From the NCBI GenBank assembly GCA_964016885.1, contig OZ024745.1, forward strand, positions 127,038,001 to 127,102,000: a stretch of 64,000 nucleotides of DNA. The letters are read 5' to 3'. The position numbers and the translations under genes were made by a program. The DNA comes from Eledone cirrhosa. Lineage: Eukaryota. This document shows positions 57,266 to 64,000 of this stretch, in pieces; positions within the stretch are counted from its first letter, which is position 1, and each line of letters begins with the position of its first letter. The notes beneath the pieces are model-generated. The model searched no databases, was not told the origin of the DNA, and was given only the letters and a program-made list of their open reading frames with translations.

Positions 57266-57914
57266 TGTATATATAGTGTATTTTGCAATACACTGTATGC
57301 TTAATTAAAAGCATTTCGAAGACCTTACGCTATTGTTTTAGAGTAGTGACACAGTCTCAATTACTTCAGCAAACAGGGGGAGATAAAGCTGACAGAGCAC
57401 TGTTTCGTACTAGTTGGTACTTATCAAAGCTAAGTACTCCACCTGTTTGCTGAAAATTTAAAGTAAGTGAGACTGTCACTACTCTAAAACAATAGCGTAA
57501 AGTCTTCAAAACGCTTTTAATTAAGCATACAGTGTATTGCAAAATACACTATATATACATTCATATATATATCGCTATTTCTGAGCACCAATTCTAATTT
57601 TCAATTTCTGCTTGACGGCAACCGCTCTGTATAATCAGTTCCTGATTATTACTAGAATTCTATAAGAATCAAACATTCATGATTTTCAGCAAACAGATGG
57701 AGTACTTAGCTTTGATAAGTACCAACTAGTACGAAACAGAATTCTGTCAGATTTATCTCCTCTGTTTGCTGAAAATTTAAAGTAAGTGAGACTGTCACTA
57801 CTCTAAAATAATAGCGTAAGGTCTTCAAAATGCTTTTAATTAAGCATACAGTGTATTGCAAAATACACTATAATACATTTATATATATATCGCTATTTCA
57901 GAGCACCAATTCTA

Positions 57915-57918
<4 letters not shown>
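57262..57918. mobile_element. Inverted plus tandem repeat element (319-bp period) with two U3-A8 hammerheads, in (TA)n
   Basis: Direct repeats 57443-57600 and 57762-57918; inverted copy 57262-57456; hammerheads 57387-57431 (-) and 57708-57752 (+). Confidence 0.8.
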
Positions 57919-57949
<31 letters not shown>

Positions 57950-57950
<1 letters not shown>

Positions 57951-58225
57951 CGACAAAAATCTCACTCGTATCTCATAACAACAATACGACACAATTATTT
58001 CACCTCAATTGGCCCTGCACTCTTTAACATTACACCAAAACACATCAAAGCAGAGACAGACCCCATCAAGTTCAAGAAGTCTTTGGATAAATTCCTTCAA
58101 GAAATCCCGGATAAGCCTCCTACACCCGGATATGCCTCCGTAAACAATAACTCTCTGCTCGAGTGGGCCATGGTGCCCAAACACTAATTTGTAAGACTTC
58201 GCCAGGTGGGGCTATTAAGTCTCTC
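57950..58225 (+). mobile_element. CR1-type LINE 3' end
   Basis: FTSIGPALFNITP..FKKSLDKFLQEIPDKPPTPGY..NNSLLEW. Confidence 0.75.
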
Positions 58226-58262
58226 AGAATAATATCAAAACATTTATTTACAAATTAGGGAA

Positions 58263-58297
<35 letters not shown>

Positions 58298-58934
58298 TAA
58301 CATTTTTTCCAATTCCAACCGATCCGTCCCAAGAAGGAATAAATCAAATTGATTCACATGTTCCTAATTCATTCGATTTTTGAAACATCTAAATATTCTA
58401 TTTTGATTCCATATATAAACATATTTCATATACAATCCCAAATGTGTATATGGAATATGTTTATATATTATACAGAACAAGTAATTACACAAATTGTGAA
58501 CTAAACAGACATATACATTCATTACATGTGCGCAAGTACATCCACATATACGCCCGTATTAATTCACTTTCATGTTTACAATGTCTTGAATCAAACAAAA
58601 ATGCTTTGTTACTTTGTTAGTGACCGCCATGAATTCGGCGAAGAATTTAAATAAGTCTAAAAAAAAAAAAGGCATACACACATGAACATAAGAAACAATA
58701 AAGCCTTTACATCTTCAAGATGTGACAAGAAATGTATATTATTTCATATTTCCGTGGAAGCTATTAAACATATGGTCAGCAGCTGACCCAAACAATTATG
58801 CAGGTACAGCTTTTCAATACGACATGCTGTTTTTAAAACAATACACAATGCTACCCATAGGAATGAATGTACTGGAAAAATATAAAAATTATTTCTCATG
58901 TTGAGAACATACATGTATGAATGCAAAAACTAAG

Positions 58935-59449
58935 GAGTTAGATCCCTCATCTGGGACGTCACCTGCTGCTACACGTTCTCCGCCTCCAACTTAGTCGCTT
59001 CGGACACAAACTTTGGCATCGCGGCCCGCTTCGCAGAATAACGTAAAATAAACAAATATCGGGATTTGTCCGACCGCTTCCTCTTCGCACCAGTCGCCGT
59101 CGAGACCTCAGGTGTACCTGGACCCTGTACAGCCGAGCTCCTCCGCCAGATAGGGAACGTCGGCGACCGTCTGAGGAAGGACCCTCGCGAGATTGGGTGG
59201 CTGATGCAGCGGGTGTCACAGGCCGTTGTCCGCGGGGCGCAGCACTTCATCCCCCCTTGCCTTAGGCCCAAAGCCAATCCCTCTCCCCCTTCACCCCTCC
59301 CTTCTCTTCTGAGACACCAGATTTCTTGCCATCCCCTCCCCTTCCCGTTCTTTTTTCTTTTCTTTCCTCTTTTTTCTCTATATTTTCCTATTCTTTTTTT
59401 CTTTTGTTTCCTTTTCTTCTTTATTATTGCTGTTATTATAGTTGTCATT
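58935..59449 (+). mobile_element. CRE-type non-LTR 3' fragment (restriction-like endonuclease)
   Basis: LIWDVTC..AARFAE*RKINKY..FAPVAVETSG..DPREIGWLMQRVSQAVVRG, then a pyrimidine-rich tail. Confidence 0.8.
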
Positions 59450-59465
59450 ATTATTATAAACACAA

Positions 59466-60247
59466 GGACAGAGGATTGGCAGAATCGGTAGAGTGTCAGA
59501 CAACATGCGTAGCGGCATAGAGTTACGGACCTTTACGTTATGAGTTGAAATCTTGCCACGGTTAACTTTGTCTTTCATTTTTAGGGCTCGATAAAATAAA
59601 GTACCAGTCACGCACTTGGGTCAATTTAATCGACTTTCCTCTCCCTCAAAATTACTGGCCTTGTGCCTATATAAGAAACCATTATTCGGTGGATTGGCAG
59701 TATCGGTAGAAGGTCGGACGCCATGCTTCGACGCATAGAGTTACGGCCCTTGCCATTCTGAGTTCAAATCCCGCTGAGGTTAACTTTGCCTCTCATCCTT
59801 ACGGGGTCGATAAAATAAAGTACCAGTAATGCACTGGGTAATTGCTGGCCTTGTGCCAAAAGTAGAAACAATTATTATTTGAAGCATAGAGTTACCTCCC
59901 TGTATGATCTGAGTTCAAATCCCGCCGAGGTTAACTTTGCCTTTCATCCTTCCGGGGTCGATAAAATAAAGTACCAGTAATGCACTGGGTAATTGCTGGC
60001 CTTGTGCCTAGCGTAGAAACAATTATTATTATAAACACAAATAGGGCGGTGGATTGGCAGTATCGGTAGAGGGTCGGACTCCATGCTTTGCAGCAAAGAG
60101 TTACGGCCCTTTATGATCTGAGTTCAAATCCCGCCGAGGTTAACTTTGCCTTTCATTTTTACGGGGTCGATAAAATAAAGTACCAGTAATGCACTGGGAT
60201 AATTGCTGGCCTTGTGCCAAAAGTAGAAACAATTATTATAAACACAA
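59466..60247 (+). mobile_element. Head-to-tail array of four tRNA-derived SINEs
   Basis: Units ~59466-59685, 59686-59878, 59881-60030 and 60043-60238. Confidence 0.9.
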
Positions 60248-60269
60248 ATATATAGACATTTAATATATA

Positions 60270-60480
60270 CAATTAACCCACAGCAGGCGCTGAGCTGGCC
60301 AGCCGCAGGTGTAAGCCTCTCGAGTTGTAATGGCTCTTCCAGTGCATCTCCCTTGACATCCTCCATTCTGTCCGCCGGGGCTGTGGGGAGGCCAGCACGT
60401 GGGACCCCATTTGCTCACCATACGGAGAGATGGGGAGGGCCAGAGAGATGGAGGGGATGACAGTGGGAGTTCGACTGTTC
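60270..60480 (-). mobile_element. GC-rich dispersed repeat, probably a LINE leader
   Basis: gggtcccacgtgctggcctcc..cagccccggcggacagaatggag is shared with ~5690-5805 (+) and ~53060-53240 (+). Confidence 0.5.
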
Positions 60481-62419
60481 TTTTATGTTTGCTTAGGTTA
60501 CAATTGCATTGTGATAGAAGCTGGAATTGTCACCTTATTTCTTCTGTCTTTCTTTATCATTCACAGTATAGCTTCTGAGAGGGTAATACCACGTACAAAT
60601 TATTTTATTTACCTACTTATTTACTACTCATTAACCTACAAATACAACATACCAAAATATACGATCATTGATTAAATATTCCCAAGAGAGCTTGCACCGA
60701 GTGCAAACATAGCAAACACACTTAATCAGCTACTGGGAAATCATCTGCGTGATCGTATAACATGCTAGAAATAGCAGCCATGTTTTTCCTAAATGAAATA
60801 CGGGCATTTAAAAAAAATAAAACTCATTCGATAATGTAGTCGAAGATATGCCATCTGAAAAACAGGGGTATGGTTGGTATCAATTTGACTATGGGTCTAC
60901 TCCAGTGGTTCCCAACCTTTTGTGCACTATGCTCCACCTCAACATATAAAAAATTGTTATCCCATCGCCTCCATTTGATATGAAAACAACTATGATCAAC
61001 TACAAAGTGTAAACAAATTGGTGTATAGGTAGTGCCAGATACACAGTAAGGTGTGTGCCAGATACACAGTAACGTGTGTGCCAGATACACAGTAATGTGT
61101 ATCAAAGTTGCTTTAGTGCAAAATTAAATAAGGCAAAACATGAAGTTTGTTCTTATCAACATCATTTTGAAATTACACCCCATAAATATTCATATTGCAC
61201 CACAAGGTAAAATATTTGAGGGAGGTTTAGTTGCCATCACTAACAGGCCGAACAACTACGTAGAGACTTCCTTGTATTTGCATTTAGTGGAGGTTTTGAA
61301 GCGAACATTCCAGCGATATTGCTTATCTTGGACTGCATTGATATACACAACTTCTAAAATATGTTTATTTTTTTTCTGAACAGTTCTTCCTGTGTATGAC
61401 ATTGTATATTAATTTACCAGCAACGTCATGCCAGATTGTAAAGTAATATCCTGACGATAGCTTTGAGAATCTGATGATTATAATATCTTAGATATGCGAA
61501 ATAGTCGACATTATTAGTATTTTGAGAGTTTGTGGTTTCACCGTTTCTTTTGTTTACCGAGTATTTTGTAGCTACCTTTGGCTTATTGATATTAGGATTA
61601 TAACCTTGATGTGATGTAACCATCAAGTGTTGAAGTTAGGTTAGATTTCCTGGGAAACAGCCATTTATGTCGTTTTACTAGTATGTATAACATTCCTCGA
61701 GATCATTCTTAATGTATATTTGTTCAGCAGTATTGAAATCGCACAGAACATCATCAGTCTCACTACGAGGATTTCATGTTATTTATTTTGAGAAAAATGC
61801 CATTAACATCAAACTGAGTGGCCGGATACAGCTGGTTTGAAAAGAAAGAGGTGAGAGAATTCTGGACGGATATGACCAGTTTAAATGCTAAAGAGTTAAG
61901 GAGTTCACTTCGGATTTCTAAGAAGCTATTCTCTCTTGGAGCACGGGGTTGGAGTATTTGTGCTTGTTGATGTTGTTTAGTAGTGATACTATACAACAAT
62001 CTATTACTATCTTGGTCGATCCTAAACCTCTACTTCATTACTTTATTACTCTCTTACGGCTTCCAGCCGACTGGCTGTGGTCATGCTGGGGCACTACCAT
62101 TAAAAAAATAAACACATGTGTCGGTCGGGAGTCGAACCCATCGCTTCGAAGGCAACCATACTAACCTTTCATTTTATTTTTCTAGGATACTTCTGTCGTT
62201 ATCACTATTGCTGTAGAAGCTTTAATCAGATGTCAAAATCTTGAGGGTTTTAATAAACGTGAAGTAGATTTGCCTCATGTACACACGAATATCCCAAATG
62301 TTTCTACCAGTACTGGCATTGAAAATAGATTGTGGAATATTGTCTTGTTAAGAAGGAATACTGACTTCCATATGTACGTATGTATGAATGTATGTATGAA
62401 TGTATGTATGCATGTATGT

Positions 62420-62689
62420 AGGACCCCTAGCCTTTGTCAGGGCATTCTTCTAGGAGAAGGCAACTCAGGAAACTGGGATAACTCTGATATAAAACCTGCG
62501 GCTCAGTAGTTACCGATGATGTTGATCTTTTCTTCTTTTCGGGTTATAGCTACTGTCGCTCAGAGAGTGGGATTGGCTCAGTGCAGTCTTTCCTCACTTT
62601 AAAAAATATCTTCACGCACAGGCATTGCACGATAGAATTAATTAATAATTGTGCAATGGCCATACTCGATAACGAGGGGGTAGCCATCA
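62420..62689 (+). mobile_element. Short RTE-derived bipartite SINE in (TATG)n
   Basis: 5' part nearly identical to 32252-32470, joined directly to a 3' tail gccatactcgataacgag..gccatca. Confidence 0.8.
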
Positions 62690-62881
62690 TGTATGTATGA
62701 ATGTATGTATGAATGTATACATGTATGCATGTATGAATGTATACATGTATGTATGTATGCATGCATGCATGTATGTATGTGTGTATGAATGTACGTATCT
62801 ATGTAAGAATGTACATATGTATGCATGTATGTGTTTATGTACATATGTACGCATGTATGCATGTATGTATATATGTATGTC

Positions 62882-63293
62882 TCTCCCGGTGATGACCCTT
62901 AGCCTTTGTTAAGGCAGAATTCTAGGAGAATGGAAACTCTGATATAACACCTGCAACCCTGATGGTATCCAATGATGTTGACTTGTTCTTCTTTTTGGTA
63001 AATATCATCTTCGTTAAGAGAGTGGGACTGGCTTTGTGCAGGGCCTTTGCTCACTATAAAAGCTTCACGACACAGGCATTGCTTTATATCTGGAGATCTC
63101 TCTGCACTTGTCGTCACATGGTACCATGGCCCAGCACTATATGTCAATAATTGTCACAAGTGTAGTGTTTGTACCAGAGTTTTCAAGTCGCTGGCTGGAC
63201 TAAAAAGTCACACTCATTCAGCGCATCGGTAGGGGTTCTCCTACATTGATATAAAGTAGTGGCCGTACTCGAAAACGAGTTGGCAGCCACCAT
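62882..63293 (+). mobile_element. RTE-derived bipartite SINE with C2H2 remnant
   Basis: HKCSVCTRVFKSLAGLKSHTHSAHR*; paralogue of 16787-17189. Confidence 0.8.
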
Positions 63294-63699
63294 GTATGTA
63301 ACTATGCATCTATCTATATATGGGTGTGATTATGTTTGTGTTTCAGTAAATATACTATTAAATACATATCACGGCTTCATGTAGTTATCCATATGTTATT
63401 AATCAAATGAATATCAATGATACCCAATGGACACTAATTGAAGGTAGAAGTGATAGTTTCATGTTATACGATATGTGATGTCTGCAGTAGGAAAACATTT
63501 ATAGCTGTGTCGGCAGGTGGTGATTAACCCAATTTAGTTTCTCTAATATGGTCATAGGGTGGAGTAATACATTTCTTTTTCAGTCAAACATACGTTGCAT
63601 CATCCCCCCACCCACCCACACTCACATGTGAAGAAGATTTCTTTTTTCATGACTAGGTTCCCTCCCTTTTTTTTTGGGGGGGGGGGGTGCTCTTGTTAC

Positions 63700-63729
63700 A
63701 TTCTTCTTCTTCTTCTTCTTCTTCTTCTT

Positions 63730-63760
<31 letters not shown>

Positions 63761-64000
63761 TTCTTATTCCTGAGAGGTTTCGTGGGGGCAGAGTCCTCAA
63801 ACACTCCGACCAGCGGGTCCTGTCAGAAGCAACCATCCCCAACTGATCCGGATGGATACCCAAGCGAGACCAGCCAACGTCATGGATGTTATCCAACCAT
63901 TTTGCTCGGGGGGTTTATCTCTGGATCTCCAACCGGTTGGTTTTGCACGCAAACTGTCCAGCGATTCTTTCCTGAGACATTCTAACCACATGTCCATAGT
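63700..64000 (-). mobile_element. RTE LINE 3' fragment with (AAG)n tail
   Basis: Paralogue of 19921-20265; runs off the window. Confidence 0.75.

Noticed and set aside
60903-61380. hAT/Charlie-like element (cagtggttcccaacctt)
   Set aside because: Only one TIR-like end was found and there is no convincing transposase frame

Overview
This is AT-rich, microsatellite-saturated eukaryotic DNA with no recognisable host protein-coding gene. The dominant ~185-bp tRNA-derived SINE resembles octopus/coleoid cephalopod SINEs, so the taxon is an inference. Almost all ORFs in the supplied track are translations of microsatellites. The real content is transposable elements: two R4/Dong-type non-LTR fragments (RT, CCHC finger, restriction-like endonuclease), RTE-clade fragments and RTE-derived bipartite SINEs, and Tx1/L1, CR1 and CRE-type 3' fragments. 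Also present are non-autonomous Helitrons, a long-TIR element carrying a minisatellite, about 20 SINE copies, and two Penelope-like element (PLE) GIY-YIG endonuclease remnants. The most striking hidden signal is about 20 type I hammerhead-ribozyme motifs (CUGANGA...GAAA...UH with all three stems), read by eye, from roughly ten unrelated short element families. These elements mostly abut (TA)n tracts and often form fold-back palindromes. Two families carry a compensatory U3-A8 catalytic core (UUGAUAA), three have large structured insertions in stem II (one with covariation between two copies), and one locus has a retrozyme-like tandem arrangement. All structures were assigned manually and activity is untested.
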